Shown here: positions 38,662 to 52,353 of the stretch, one piece after another
Numbering within the stretch: position 1 is the stretch's first letter
How the letters are laid out: each line of letters begins with the position of its first letter
Assembly: GCA_051047955.1 (NCBI GenBank)
Contig: JBPGPT010000001.1
Location: 124,001-188,000 of the forward strand
From: Cystobasidiomycetes sp. EMM_F5
Taxonomy: Eukaryota
Reading direction: 5' to 3'
DNA: 64,000 nt
Notes under the pieces: model-generated
The model's input: the letters and a program-made list of their open reading frames with translations, nothing else
What the model was told of the DNA's origin: nothing
The model's database searches: none
Program-made: the position numbers and the translations under genes

Positions 38662-39014
38662 CGCTGATGCCAAATGAGCGAGAGGAGCTACGAGAGATTG
38701 CAGTTCGCTTTTGAGATTGCCAGCGAGTGTGTGTGTCAAACAAGCTCGTTGGGCAGATGCGGTTCCGTTTGCAGGTTGTCACAAGTTTATACGTCACGTG
38801 ACTTCGGAAGGCCTCGAATGGAAGGCAAGATTAGGTCTCCACATCTCACAACTTAGCCCGTTAACAGCCCTTCAATAAGGCATGCCCCGAGTGATCAGTC
38901 ACGCTGCTTTTGTAATGCGTAATATGCTGATATGCCTACTGCAAGTACACCCCTGGACAATATAGACTGAAGCTGTAAAGAAATCGGGACAAAGCAATGC
39001 ATGCGATGAGGTGA

Positions 39015-41251
39015 CTACATCATGCTTCCGAATACAGGACTTGCGTCTGACGTGTCACAAGTGAGCCAAAATCAGCTTTGAATTCCAACTTGTCTCGTCG
39101 ACTTACAAGCCATAGGCTTGATGTCGGGATGGGGTTGCGCTGAGAACGTAGTGAAAGTGATATTTCCCGCGTCATCTATCCGAAGTATGCCAGCGAGATT
39201 GCCAACCTGGTCGACATAATTCGGCGCACTGAAGACGGTGATGCATTGACCGCCATGCTCTATACTGTAGCCTGCTTGACGGACTTCATGGGACCGAATG
39301 ACTCCGCTGACACCATTGAATTCGAGGAATTTGCGAGTGATATCGGGACCGAAGCCGAGGCCGACGCCCTGAGATGACAGAAGGCATTTCGTATCGACGA
39401 GGTAGGTAAGGACGCAGGGATAGCACTCACCCTCTTGCTAGCTCCGCGTCCAGGGAGATCCTGAGGATCGGCCCACAGGCTTTCGCTCATTAAGCCAGCC
39501 GTACCAGGCTGTCTTTGGCGGATCCTATCAATCTTCTTCACGTCCGCGAGCGAGACGCCATCTTTCGAGTACAGACCCCCGTGAACGATGAAGAAGCGCT
39601 TATAGCCTTCAGGCGATAGAAAGGGGTTGATCGGTAAGCGAGTGTCTCGCCTTGCCAGCTCTCTCGGTTTCTGTGAGGCCGTAACCAATGTAGCTATAGG
39701 AAGCGCATAGAACGTTTCTTCGAACAATTTATACGTCAGCTCGGAATACTTCTTTTTGGTCTCTCTGTGCATGAAGGATCAGCTATTGCAGTATACTCAC
39801 GTGCGATGCAGCACTCGCACCCTTCGAAGCCGTAGACTTTGTTCATATCGCTGGTCTCGTGGTTTCCACGGTTTAGGTACACATTCTTCGGATATAGCCA
39901 TTTATAAGCGAAAAGAGTGAGGACGACTTCGGTAGACCAGCTACCGCGATCGACGAAATCTCCGTTGAAGACCATAGTGTGAGTAGTGCTAGGGTCGCCT
40001 GTCAAGGTGAACAAGTGAAGAAGGCTGGAAAAAACCAAGTCACTACGCATCTTTATGGTGTTTAAGGCCAGTCTGGGCGTACTCGAAATATTGTCCGTGG
40101 GTATCGCCAACGATGTCCGCGACTTCACCCTCAGGAATAGTGACATCGACCAGGGATGGTTCACTGGCCAGTATACTTTGCGCACCGAGCACAATCTCCC
40201 AAGCATGCCGCCGAGCTATACACTTCCCGCTTTTGAACCATTCCCGCATCTCATCGACGTATTTTTGTGTTATTTTACCCCGTCTGTTGCCCGCCTCGTC
40301 TGCTTCCTCCTCCATGATAGGCCCAGAGTAGTCTGCATCTAATTCCATGCCGTTCTTGAGCATGTCGACAGCACGCGGTACCATTGACACTTCATCCTTC
40401 CCGGCGATGCTGGGTAAGTACGTCAGTTGCAAGTTACTTCATTCCCGGAAATGTATTACGCACGCCTTCTCGAACTCCATCCTGCGGACTAGCTTCTGCG
40501 TGCTTTCCAACTGCAGCTTTGCTTGAGCATTCTTAGGTTCAAGTGCGATGACCTTTTTTAAATCAGAAACTGCTGCTTTCGGGCGCATGATGGAGAGCTG
40601 CGCTACGCCGCGACGATAATAGGCCTTGACATACTTCGAATCCAGTTCAATAGCTTTGGTCGCGTCGGAAATAGCTAGTCCATGTTCCTCCAATTTTAAC
40701 CTCGTTGCGGCACCTGTTGAGGAAGATAAGTACGCCTCAGACGAACTGGGCAGCAGGGCTGAGAATGCTACTCACGGTTGCACCACACGGCAGGATCGAA
40801 GGGATTCTTGTTCAACGATAGCGTATACAGCTGGAGCGCTTCATTATATTTTGAACTTGAAAACAGCTTGTTTGCATCAGACTTTATCCGCAGCGCTTCC
40901 TGCACGAAGTGCATTCGTCAGTATAGAACAATAGCATCTTAATGTGCTTATACTTACAGCCCTCTCTGTATGATCAATGTCCTCCAGACGGGCTTTACGA
41001 ATGCCATTGTCGCCAGATTCCGAATTTCCTTCAAACTGGCTGCCAGCACCAATGCTAGTCCCGTCTATCGATGGCTCTTTGTCTAGATCAGCTCCCAAGG
41101 GTGCTGGATATTCCTCGTTGGGGTCGTAAACTCCATTGGACTCTGGCAGCGAAATTGTCGAGCTTGCAGGTGATGCAGGCGCCAACGAAGGTCCAGCGAC
41201 TCCACCCGGGTCTTGACTACCGGATCCGACCGTCGATGAAGAGGCAGACAT
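39015..41251 (-). CDS. PPT1: Ser/Thr protein phosphatase 5 (TPR plus PPP domain)
   Basis: TPR motif YVKAYYRRG, GDTHGQ, NGDFVDRGSWS, NRGNHE, VHGGL, LWADP, IRSHEV, FSAPNY, and a C-terminal HPDIKPMAY. Confidence 0.96.
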
Positions 41252-41459
41252 GATGATGGGCCGCAGTCGAAAGCGAACAGGTCGATATGATTGACTAAAG
41301 AGCTTGATCGAAGTGGTCCACGACCATGCGGCTTGTTGGGTTGTCTTCTTGCTGACAGCACGCCAGTTTCCCATTCCATCCCGCACACGCATCTCAAGTC
41401 TGCTGCATGCCGAGTGCTCGAATCGCCAGTCTTTTGCGACTCAAAACGCATGTGAAGAC

Positions 41460-42478
41460 ATGTCTGCGTACGGCAAGATTGCAGCGCCTGTAGCTGCGTC
41501 CAATGAAAACCTTGTACCTCTTCTGTACCGACTACCTGACGGCTCCAAAAACCTTGCGGTCGTCCCGCTCAAGGGCAATGCCATGCCGGACGAACTGGTG
41601 CAGCACTTGGCGGAAGTATGGCTGGCAATCCCTGCTGTGTCTAAGTTGTGGTCGTGAACTGACTCGACTGAGTGTCCCTTTGCATTCGCAACTCAGCTAT
41701 TTAATGGCATCGTTCGCGAAGGCAGAACATATCCTCAGGAGAACGAGCTCTCCATCCAGGAGTTCAAGGTAAATGTCAAATGCATCTGAAGCAGGCGCCG
41801 TACTTACATGTAGAGTGTATACGATATTCAGGACTATTTCTTGGGTGAGACTTATCCCCATCTACTCCAGACAACCTCAATTAAGCTTGTTTCACAGCGT
41901 ACGACCTTTTCCTCGGCGTATTGCTACCGAACGAACTGGGCGAGACTGGCCTTGACAAGCAAGAACTGCCATTATCATTCTTCTCCGACTTACGAACGCG
42001 TGTCGAACGGGCAGGATCGAGGTGGAAAGATTTGTGTGCCGGTATGCTGTCGATGGCAGGTGGTAGCTATCTTACCAATAATGATACTCGCCAGGCTGCT
42101 ACTACGTGAAGCCAAACTACCCCGGGCGCAGTTCGCACTGCTGCAATGCAGGATTCATCGTGGATAGCAAGCATCGCGGGCTGAAGATTGGACGTACCCT
42201 TGGGGTCAGCTACCTGCATTATGCGCCGCAGTGAGCTTCGATTGTAGCACGTTGCGAATGCCAAATGAACAGGTCATCTATCCTACAGACTGGGCTACAA
42301 GTTTTCGGTGTTCAATCTGGTATACGTCAACAATATCGCAAGCATCAAGATCTGGGACTCTTTAGGTTTTCAACGCGTTGGACTCGTTCCCAATGCTGGC
42401 AGACTGAAGACTGTGCATGGAAATGGCGAAGAATATGTTGACGCATTCGTGTTTTGGCGCAACTTCGCCGAACCATAG
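41460..42478 (+). CDS. GNAT acetyltransferase, Mpr1/Spt10 family
   Basis: EGRTYPQE, YYVKPNYPGRSSHCCNAGFIV, HRGLKIG, LGYKFSVFNLVYVNNIAS, LGFQRVGLVPNAGRL. Confidence 0.9.
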
Positions 42479-43263
42479 CTCGACCGCACAATGACATCAA
42501 GGCGCAAGGTTGGGACATCTATATAGGACAGACACTAAGACTATCGTCGTCGATACTGCACAATACGTATTGATTCACGTGCAAAATTCAAACCAACCTC
42601 GCGCTCTTGATACGTCTGTCGAGGCCACACCGGCTATATATAGCGGATCTTTGCAGACATACTGTCAGTGTATCTTCGTTCGCAGACGCCGGACGCCTGC
42701 AATTTCCAGGCGAGGAGATTGGGCGCCTGCAAAAGGACGGCTAGGGCGGCTAACGGGAAGTGATCACAATGAGTCGCTCAGTCCATTACGGGAGATAGAC
42801 CCTGCAAGTAAACCATCCATTGGAGCCTGATTGCGTACACCAGGATGTCGGTTTCAAGCAAAGACCACGTGCAGCTAAACCTGGTTAACCAGCCAGAAAT
42901 CACGATGAGACGAAGCTTGTGTCGAGCGAGATACGATTATGATTCTTATTGGATATTTGCATTATGAGCTGAGGTTTACGCTACAAGGGTTATCGAAAGT
43001 CTAAAGCAACTAAACTGGGCGATGTGAGCGAAGTGCTTCCAGTAAAACCCTTGGAAGACAAGAGCGCCGAAACGAGACTGACTACTTCCTTCCAACGAAC
43101 CGCATTCACTGACAACTGCAACATTATGCTGTTGTAAGGCCTTAAAAATCCCATGTTGAAATTGCAATGCATGATGCAGAGAGATGCGAGATGATGAGAG
43201 CTCAAAGTGAGCTAAGCTAAGGTTGGTGATTTGCGCGACGAGACGTATGTTGCGGCATCATGA

Positions 43264-44436
43264 TCATAAGCTTCGCGGAATAGCCTGCGCCTGTTGCCAC
43301 GTTTGCCTCTTTTGTATGGCAGTGGATACATACGCTGCAGCTTCAGGAATATCCGGAGCGCCTTGAATGCGAGGGCAATGATGCACGTCCAGATTATCTG
43401 CGTTGTCTGGTGTTTGAGGCCCAGCAGATAAAGGCGCCGACGCCGGGGATGAAGGGGAATGAACGGCTGACGGGAAAGCAGATGAGAAAGCAGAGGATGA
43501 TGTAGACGATGTCTGAGATGAAGATTGGCTTGAGTACGCCTGAGATGAGCTGGTCGGGTATCCGAAAGCGTCTAAAGGGGTTTGCTGAGGAGACGAGGCC
43601 ATTGAAGCATTGGCTTGATAGCGTTGCGCGGAGCTTGGAGGGGAAAGAGATCTGCTGCTCTTGCTGGATGACGGAGAAGTGTGGCGGTAGGTGTGTGGCC
43701 GCAGAAGAGCACGGGCAGCATGTTTGGCCTGCTCGTGTCGGGCTTCTTCCTCGGCAGCACGACGTGTCCTTGAAGCGTCTCTGGCACGTTGTTGGCATGT
43801 TCGTGACCAGGCAGCTTCAGCTGAGCTGACAAAGTTATCCAGCTCAAACTTGCTTGCTACCACGTTCCAGCCGAGGAACGCAAACAGCTCCCTCTCCATC
43901 TGATTGACTTCCCGCAAACTGAAGTAGCTGGAGCCGACGATAGCCCAGGACTTATTGGAGTACGTGTCATCCATGCTGATCTTGGCAGACAACATCAGAG
44001 AAGACAGGAAGAGCCGATGTGGCGACGACGACGTTCCCCTGGCTGACGGATATCTCTGCTTGAGTCGGCTGAGCAGCAGCAGCGACTGATGCACGATGGA
44101 CACGGGTAAGCGCGTTCGGTATAATGCGTATGCCTGTGACAGATTTTGGCCGAGAGACGCGTTGAATTTCAGGGACGCGGTGGGTCAGCCAATTGGAATT
44201 TTCCGGTCAAATATGTCGAAACGCCTTACAATGAACTCTAGAAGCACAGGAGGCTGCTTGATGTGCGACGGCGACGCTGCAGGCGTGTATGGAGGTGTAT
44301 CGATGCCCTCACTCGAACAGCCTATGACTGTACCTGAGGTGGCGGCGCCGGCTGAAGACGGCTGACCAATTTCGAAGAGGGCAGCGATGACATACTCGCA
44401 AAACTCTGCGAGATCTTGAGATTCAGACGACGACAT
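43264..44436 (-). CDS. Pcl-type cyclin (Pcl1/Pcl5/Clg1-like) with a Ser-rich PEST-like tail
   Basis: LLEFI|AYALYRTRLP...LLLLSRLKQRYP, HRLFLSSLMLSAKISMDDTYSNKSWAIV, EVNQMERELFAFLGW. Confidence 0.9.
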
Positions 44437-46936
44437 CAGTCAGTATTGTAATGCTTGGTGTAGCGGAAAGAGGTGGGAGGGAATGGCAAATTCATTCCAC
44501 CTGCAAACTGTTGGCAGTGCCTGCGCGTCGAGCAAGGCACCCCGCTCCGCACAGTTACTCCGTGAAAAAATCGTTGAGGTTTCGCTTTGGCGGACACCGA
44601 AACGTGAAAATTCACGATCGCGTCGCTTCTGTGTCCAAAGTGATTTCGAACGGATGCAGTGTGTGTACGAATTGCATACCACATTGATCTTTGCAATGGT
44701 GTCCTGGCGTCGGGAAGATCTCGGATATGCAGTACCTCACCTTTTTGTCCGTATAGCGCGTCCGTCATGATGGTAATACGTAACCACTAGTTGTGTATAT
44801 TTGCTGATGATTCGGTGTTGCCTGTTGCCGCCAGTCTGCGCCAGACAATGGTGGCCAGGATATATAGGCAGACCGAAACTTGATGCTGCTAGAATGTCTA
44901 CCAGAAGGCGAAACGACAAGAAGAAGTCGTTCTGGGCTGCATAGAGGCGCTGTACACGGTGTACACGGTGATCCTGCCTGAAAGCTCTTGGAAGCGGATG
45001 GCTTCAGAAGATGACCGAAGCGAGGTTCGTTCCGGGGAGGCGTAGAGCAGCTGGAAGTGACAGGATTGTCACAACGAGCCGAGGTGTGCAGATCCAGTCG
45101 AAGTAAGCGAATGTGCTGACGTGGAAAGCTGCACGATCCTTCTCTCTAGATGGGTATATACTATGGGTCGATGTCGCTGACGTGTGATGACAACGGTGTC
45201 TTTCTGCAAGGGCAAAGATGCTTACGCATTTCCCCCCTCCTTCTCTGCCTGCTTCTCCGATGGGCACATTCCGTGATGACACCGGGCAAGTGGCTCTCTG
45301 CCACATGCAAATCTCTGTGTACATCCGCATCTTTTGCTGCCTGCAGCAGCTGTACCGCCGGATCTTCGGTATAGGCAAGCGGGTTATTCCGCGCGATCGG
45401 CTATTATTACGCGCGTCGGGTTTTGCGCATCTCGGACCACAAGATGAGCGTGCAAATGGAGCAATGATGCGCAAACATTCAAACGGACGCGTTAACGGGC
45501 TATTGTTTTTGCGGACAGTGCGCGCTTCCATTACGCAGCTTCGGGTATATGTATATCGACAGCACAAATACACCTACGTGGGGCCTGGTCAGTACGAAAG
45601 GCGTATATGAAGCGCTGCTTGCTCGTTTACGTTGCGCATACCGTTTGCTTATGCATATTTACAATTCACGACTGGTTCTGCTGAAACAAAACAAGGTGGC
45701 CACGGTCCGGAACTACACTCGCCTCGGCTTCGGCCTCTCGGTTGCTCGGGTACGGAAGGAGATTACCCGACGCTCTCCACAGCTGAACACGCGTGACGAA
45801 ATAGAAAGGCTCATCTCGTTGACGCTCATCTGATCCTCTCGACAGAACACTGACGACTTGTATAGGTCGCCATCAATCTACTGGACTTTTGCTTGACAAT
45901 GTACTAATGCCTGCTTGTTCGCAAGATGCGTATGGTCAGGAGGGCACGCTCTCTGCATTTAATCCGAATTCGCATATTCATGTGTACGGATGCGCTAATA
46001 CCGCTAACAAGACCATCACAGTGGTTTGACGGCCGCATTTCAAACCAGAACTTCGCGTAATCAGAGGGCAGGTGTCACCCCGACAGGCTGATTACGATTT
46101 CAGCACAGGCATGCACGCAAGGGTAGCTCCAGCGCGTTATACTAAGGCCCGCCTCTGGCTCCAGCGGAATATACTCCGGCATGCACGCCGAAGTCACTCA
46201 ACGCAGTCTCTTTCTGTTTGCTCTGATCTGTACCGAGACACAACCGCTGAGCTACTCACGTATGTAAAGCCACACGCTTGTGCCCGAAACATGATTACTA
46301 TTGCTACAAATGACAGGATATGTCTGCTACCGCTCCTCAGCATAGAGGTTAGAGAACGTAACTCCTAAATGGACGTTAGTCGCAAATGTGAGGTATTCCG
46401 TGTGCTAGTACTGGTATCGCAGTCAGCGCTGCTAACTTCCAAAAAGCTTTCAGTTGTCATCTACGATACTCTAGCTGACTCTGTACCATTCGGTCTTGTT
46501 CCACTAGGCGCGCCGCATTTTTTGATACATATCAGCTTCAAAGTCAGTACGCATGTGTGCCTTAATACTTGTTCGACGTATACATACAGGCTCTACTGCA
46601 CACTCGTGCGCAAACGATTTTCGTACATACATATTATCAATCTGTTGACCTCGCCCTCAATATTTTTTTTGGAAAAATGTGGGGAAGTGTCCACGGCGCG
46701 TTGAGGGTGCTTTCCGGGACTTCGACGCGTTCCGCGACAGTCAAGGGCACAGCAGTAGAGAGAAACACATATGGACATTCACCGTCCTTTCGCGATGCCG
46801 TTAAACATACTGCTCAATATGAAACGTATGGGCCGCAAGCCGTATTTGCTATGGTCCAGGTGCAGAGGCACAAATTATATTTGCAGGCACATGTACACTG
46901 CATACTGAGGCGCGAGTCTAGGAGAGCGTGCCAGTT

Positions 46937-48166
46937 TCACTGACTGCGCACTTCGGTTCTTCGAAACTGTACCGGGTGGACCTTATCGGATATTATACCC
47001 ATTTCCTGCAGCAACGGAGCTAAATTATCTGCATGTGGTAGCGACAGCTGCTCGCACAGCCACGCTCTATCAGCCACGCTTAGATACGCCTTCTGAATGA
47101 TACTGAGCGCATGTCGCTGCCGACGGGCGAGATCGCTGCGTACAATGAGCCAAGCGAACTTGTCGTATTCGAAAGGCTCCTTCACAATGCGTGCCATCCT
47201 GGCGTAGTTGTTGGCCAGATAGCATCTGAAAACTTCAGACGCAAAGATGATAAGTGGATGCGATGCCGGCACGCGGTCATCTGAGCCGTCGTTGCCAGTG
47301 TCGTCTTCAAATGAAACGTATTTACGGAGCAAGTCCTGATAAGCCTTGTAATCGCCAATGTGGCACACCAGGTGTAGCATATAATAGGAGATGTATCGTG
47401 TTCGCCTGTCAGGATATGAAGCGCCTGAAGTCCGCGTGACCTGTAGATGTGCCATTTCCGCAGTCAAAGCTGCCATGTCGGGCTGTCTTCTAGGCCTGTG
47501 TATATCGCTAACGAGGGCGGGAAGAATCGTCGCAATTTGTGGGACATTATTGGCAATGATGGCTAGTTTTGCCGAAGTCTCGTATGCTTCTGCAGCAAAG
47601 TGGTCGTCGCGACCAGAACTCACGATGCCTTCGCGCAGTTTGCGGAATTCCAGAAGAATCAAATCAAGCTGCGTTTTCTGATGCAGATGCTCTGCAACTA
47701 CAACTCCAAGCTCGTCTGGGTATGATGCTTGATAACGTTGCACCTGAAGAGCGAAAAAGGGTGCGTTAGCAGATACTTAGACTGATAATCTCGGGCGTTT
47801 CTGAGGAAGATCTCACTTTCCCCTCCAAATGGTCTCGAAACTCTTCTTGCACGACAGGGTCTGTCAAGCTGAGCCAACATGCTCGCAAGTCAGCGTACCA
47901 TTGCTGGGCTCCTTTCCGATGAATATCCACCTTTTGCCAGCGATAGTCTCTCCTCGGCTGGGACTGCTTAGATCCATATCATTGCGCCGCAAAGGCTTTA
48001 AATTCGCCTGTCGAAATCCACTTGAGGAGACATCATCCGTCTGGCGGCGAGCAGCGACAGTATGCCGAGTTTGATGTTCTGAGGTTGCAATACCTCGAGT
48101 GCCTATCTCCGTGCTCGTGCTCCACCGAGATGCGCCAGCACCCCGAGATGATCTCCATGGCTGCAT
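46937..48166 (-). CDS. Conserved fungal PCI/SAC3-like (CSN8/PSMD8/eIF3K-type) domain protein
   Basis: LEFRKLREGIVSS, FAAEAYE, NNYAR and IIQKAYLSV motifs of this family. Long terminal exon 46937-47743. Confidence 0.65.
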
Positions 48167-48406
48167 GTCAGCTGTCAAGCATGTAGTCTACTGCGTGGGT
48201 CGAAACGAGCTAGTCGTGGCAAAACAGATGTGTCAATAGGTCGCGACGAGCAGGTGAGCAGGTTGGTGTGAGACAGTCAAAAGCAATCATAGCAAGTCCG
48301 TGCAACGAAGATAGTGTTGATCATCTGGCTCTTTACTTTGAAATATTGCACATGGATCCTGCTCCTCTGCAACGCGAGAGAACGCCATAACACTCGATAA
48401 TCTAAG

Positions 48407-50639
48407 TTACGGCTTTGCTTCCCTGTAAAATAGATCCGAGAAATCATTTACGCTCATCTTTTGCAAAGCAGCCTTATCGTTGAAGGTTGCGATGATTCTT
48501 CGGTAAAGAGGTTATGGAATCAGACGAGGGCTATTGCGTTATCAGCTTTGCGACTCACTTCTCCACGTGTTCCTTTGAATACCAAGGAGCAACATGACGT
48601 TTGAATTTAGCTTCTAATAGCGGTGTCCCTTCAGCACGGCGGCTGCAATGAGCAAAACAATCAGTCAAAGTACCGCCGCAAGAAGCGACGAGTATGCACC
48701 GTTTGTGACCAACAGGATACAGCACCTCCACCTCGTCTAATACTGTTCCGTCATTGAGCGTGATCGTCAATGCATTACCGATAGATCGAGAGTCTGGATT
48801 GTGATAGTCGGTTGAGAAGAAGTCATCTTCCACGCATTCCATCTACCAGCGTACTCATCAGCGACACCTTCCACACAACGCATGTCTGCATACATACCTT
48901 TTCGCGTAGTGCGTCAATGCGAGGGTCTGCCGCTACGGCGTCAGTGTAGTCATCCGTTGTCAGGCGTCCGAAAATCAGTGGGATTGCGACCATATATTGG
49001 ATCTTCATTCGAGCTCGCTGTCAGCCTGCAATGCGACAATAGCATGCGATGGACGCACAGTGTGATCGCGGTCTGCGAAATTGTGCAAAGGCCCTTTCTT
49101 ATCGATGATGCGGATCTGAATGGAGAGCTATACATCAGTGATGACATGATATGATAAAATGGACTCGTGTGCGAAACGAACGGCGGCGTTCTGAGTGCGA
49201 ATCTTGACATGCTTAATGTCATCACTGGTCTTGCCCATCTCGCCCAACTTAGCATACAGGGTATGGGCAGCTTCGGCTGCTGTCTGTGCGTGGAACTCGG
49301 CCGGGAAGCTGATTTTGAAGAGAATATTCTCCATGATGTAAGAACCGTATGGCCTTTGGAACTTGAATTCATTGCCCTTGAAGCATACATCGTAGAAGCC
49401 CCATGTCTTGACCGTCAAAGCAGACCGATATCCCATCTCGCCCTTCTGGACCAATAGAGCGAGATTGACAGCTCGACTGCATGCATCGCCAGCTGCCCAA
49501 GATTTTCGCGAGCCCGTATTCGGCGCATGTCGGTAAGTACGCAGCGATGAGCCGTCGATAAAAGCTTGAGAGACGACATCGGCGGTTTGATCTTGGGTGA
49601 GGCCAAGTAGCTTCGAGACGACAGCCGCAGATGCGACCTTGACGAGCAAAACATGGTCTGTCGTGAGAGGTGTCAGCGAATGTCGCTAGTTCAGCATTCA
49701 TCTGCAGTACCTAATCCGACTTTGTTGAAGCTGTTCTCAAGAGCTAAACACCCTTGAATCTCGTGAGCCATGATCATGGACTCGAGAATGTCTTTTACGG
49801 TCAAAGGAGCTTTTCCATTTGCAACGTTGGTGCGCGAGATCCAGTCCGCTACAGCCAAGATTGCACCCCTATAGACATTCGAGGGTCAGGTAATCCTCTA
49901 TCATGCTTAAGCATTACGTCCATACAGATTGTCACTTGGGTGTCCCCACTCTGCCGCCCTGTCTCAGCAAGGTTCATCAGCTCTATGGGTGTAAAAAGCC
50001 TTGAAATCGACATCATTGCGTACAGCCAACAGTCTGAGGTTATCAAAAGTCAGTGACAGCTTTCCTCGGAACAAAGGTAATGATCTGACCATTATAGTCT
50101 AGCCAGCGAATTGCGGTACCGATGTTGAAAGCGGCTCTGATAGGATCCAATTGGTAGGGCGTGCCTGGCACACGAGCTCCATTCGGAACAACAGTGCCTT
50201 CGACTACGGGTCCCAAGATGTTTGTACATGTTGGGAAACGGAGACCTTCTAGACCCTGCAATAAGAAGAACCTAAGTTGCAAATTCAGATTAAGCAAAAT
50301 ACAGGACCCTACGCAGCCGATGGTATCCATCAGGCAAAGCCTAGCCGTCTCCATAGCCAATTCACTGTCAATCTTGAAGTTGTGTACATAGCTAGCAATG
50401 TCGTCGAAAACCTGATCCGGCGGTGGTCGCACGGTCAGCTTCGGATCCGCCTGGTGCATCTTGTGCGAGGCCGAAGCACTGAAAGCCCGGAAGTTCTGAG
50501 GCTTGATGGTTGCGCTTGAAGGGTAAGCGAGATGGGCGACGGCGCTAGAGGTCTGGTGAATCCGAGTAACGTTGACAACTGGTGCGACAGCTACGTGACT
50601 ACGAGACGGCAGAGAAGCGCCTAAGCGTCGAGCGAGCAT
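48407..50639 (-). CDS. PDH1: 2-methylcitrate dehydratase, mitochondrial (PrpD/MmgE)
   Basis: Arg/Ser-rich presequence, [57 protein letters not shown]. Confidence 0.96.
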
Positions 50640-50792
50640 CTCAATTCTCCCAGTCGTTATGTTCTGAGGTCAACTTGTGCTGAGATTGGCACTTCGCGTC
50701 CATACGCGCGCGCGGGCTCCGGCAACATCGTCTCCCGACGAGGAATAGACGGGCAACGAAACAGACTGCGCTTATGTACACCACTACGCTGG

Positions 50793-51851
50793 TCATAACA
50801 ACCAGGCCACCACTAGAGTCGCTAATAATGCGGTAGCGACTGTCATGGACCCTGCGGAAAGGTTTGATGCCGAGCTATCCCAAAAGCTGCTGTCATCGTC
50901 ATCATCCGACTTCGACGTCTGTTTCGCTTTCTTTTTGGATGTGGTCTGGTGACCTCCTCCGACGTAATCTCCGGAGGTTGTGATGGCTTTTGTCGGTAGG
51001 GTTTTTGTCCGGGTCGCAGGACCCGTAAGTTCTCCGTTATCCCACCCTACTGTACTCCGGTCACCTCCGTTATATGTCCAGACCGCTGTCCGAGTCACGG
51101 ATTTCTGTGGGTATACTCAGTACAACCGTTTGCGCACGGACTCGTGCTGCTCACTGTGACGGGAATGGTCAAGCCCTTTGTTACCACTTTGTCGGCAATA
51201 GTGAATCGACCAGGTCTGACATGCAAGTAAGCCCTTGCTTTGCAGAACTCGATAGCACGGCACTTACGAGTATGACTTTTCTTTTGTATTATCGTTATTG
51301 GTGAAGCGGTAGTAGTATATCTGCTCACTGCGCGGGGATGGTTAGCTCCGAGCACGATGAGGTTACAAGCTCTGCATACTATAGAGTGACATCGGGACAT
51401 TTGAATGCAAGCGTGACTGATGATGAGGTGTCGAGCTTCTTTGCAACGACGAGGATGGGTGTTTCAATCTGTAACATGATTGATGCTTAGAATATTCCAT
51501 TCGCCAACAATCTACTCTAGAAATCAACCTACCCGACTCATCAACTCGACGCGAGTACTGTTCCATGAGGATCCGTGCACTGTCGTCCAGCTGACTCTGC
51601 ATGTATCGCCAACATAAAAGAGGTCGCCGTTACGAGGGCTGAGAACGACTGCAGTCAGACAAGACCATGAGATAGCGCGACTTGCATAGACTCACGCGAT
51701 GGGATATGTGTCTGCGGCGACAGAGACAGCTCAGCTAGCACCCTCAGAAACCGAGATGGAGGAGCGTACCTGCGATGGTTCTTCCAGCGCATAAACAGAA
51801 TATAGAAACAATCGAGCATCTTACACGATTTAGTGAGGGCCGTCGCCGCAT
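50793..51851 (-). CDS. GPI-anchored Kre9/Knh1-like N-terminal (Ser/Thr-rich GPI family) protein, copy 1
   Basis: MRRRPSLNRVRCSIVSIFCLCAGRTIA|DTYPI..SPRNGDLFYVGDTCRVSWT..WNSTRVELMS, then RFTI, VGWDNGEL and a hydrophobic C-terminal signal. Confidence 0.72.
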
Positions 51852-52353
51852 GTCAAGCGATATGTGTGGACTTGCGGATGCGATGCGATGCGAGCCAAGG
51901 ATAAGCGTGCCCGGGGTATTAAGTAGCTGAGAGTCAGTAGGCTACCAGAGCTTTGGAGACCGATTGAATGAGTGTGATTCGATGAACTAGGAACTGTAGG
52001 GATTGCGGGCCTAAATGGTACGGAGATGAGTTGATATGCTCGGCCAGATGCAGCGCCTGAGCCTCTTCGGGCAATGCAGACCCTCACAAAGGGTTCAGGG
52101 ACAGCTCAATGTAGCTGCCCGCGCTTCGTGGGTAATTGCACATCTGCAGCAGTGTTGGTTTAAGGCTGAGACATGTACGTTGAGCATGTATGTTAGGGAT
52201 GAGCACCCGTAGTCGTGTCAGTCGGAATCAGCCAGCTAGCCGGCACTATTCAGTAAGCATGTAGCGGTACGATTGTTCAAGTCGCAACGACTAATAGGAA
52301 TACAAGTACGAGAAGCACACAAAGTGTCCGTGGATAGAGCACGCATGGGCTTT

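Noticed and set aside
44769..46936. Overlapping ORFs of 60-190 aa upstream of the cyclin
   Set aside because: Cys/Arg-rich random-like composition with no domain signal; treated as regulatory or UTR sequence.
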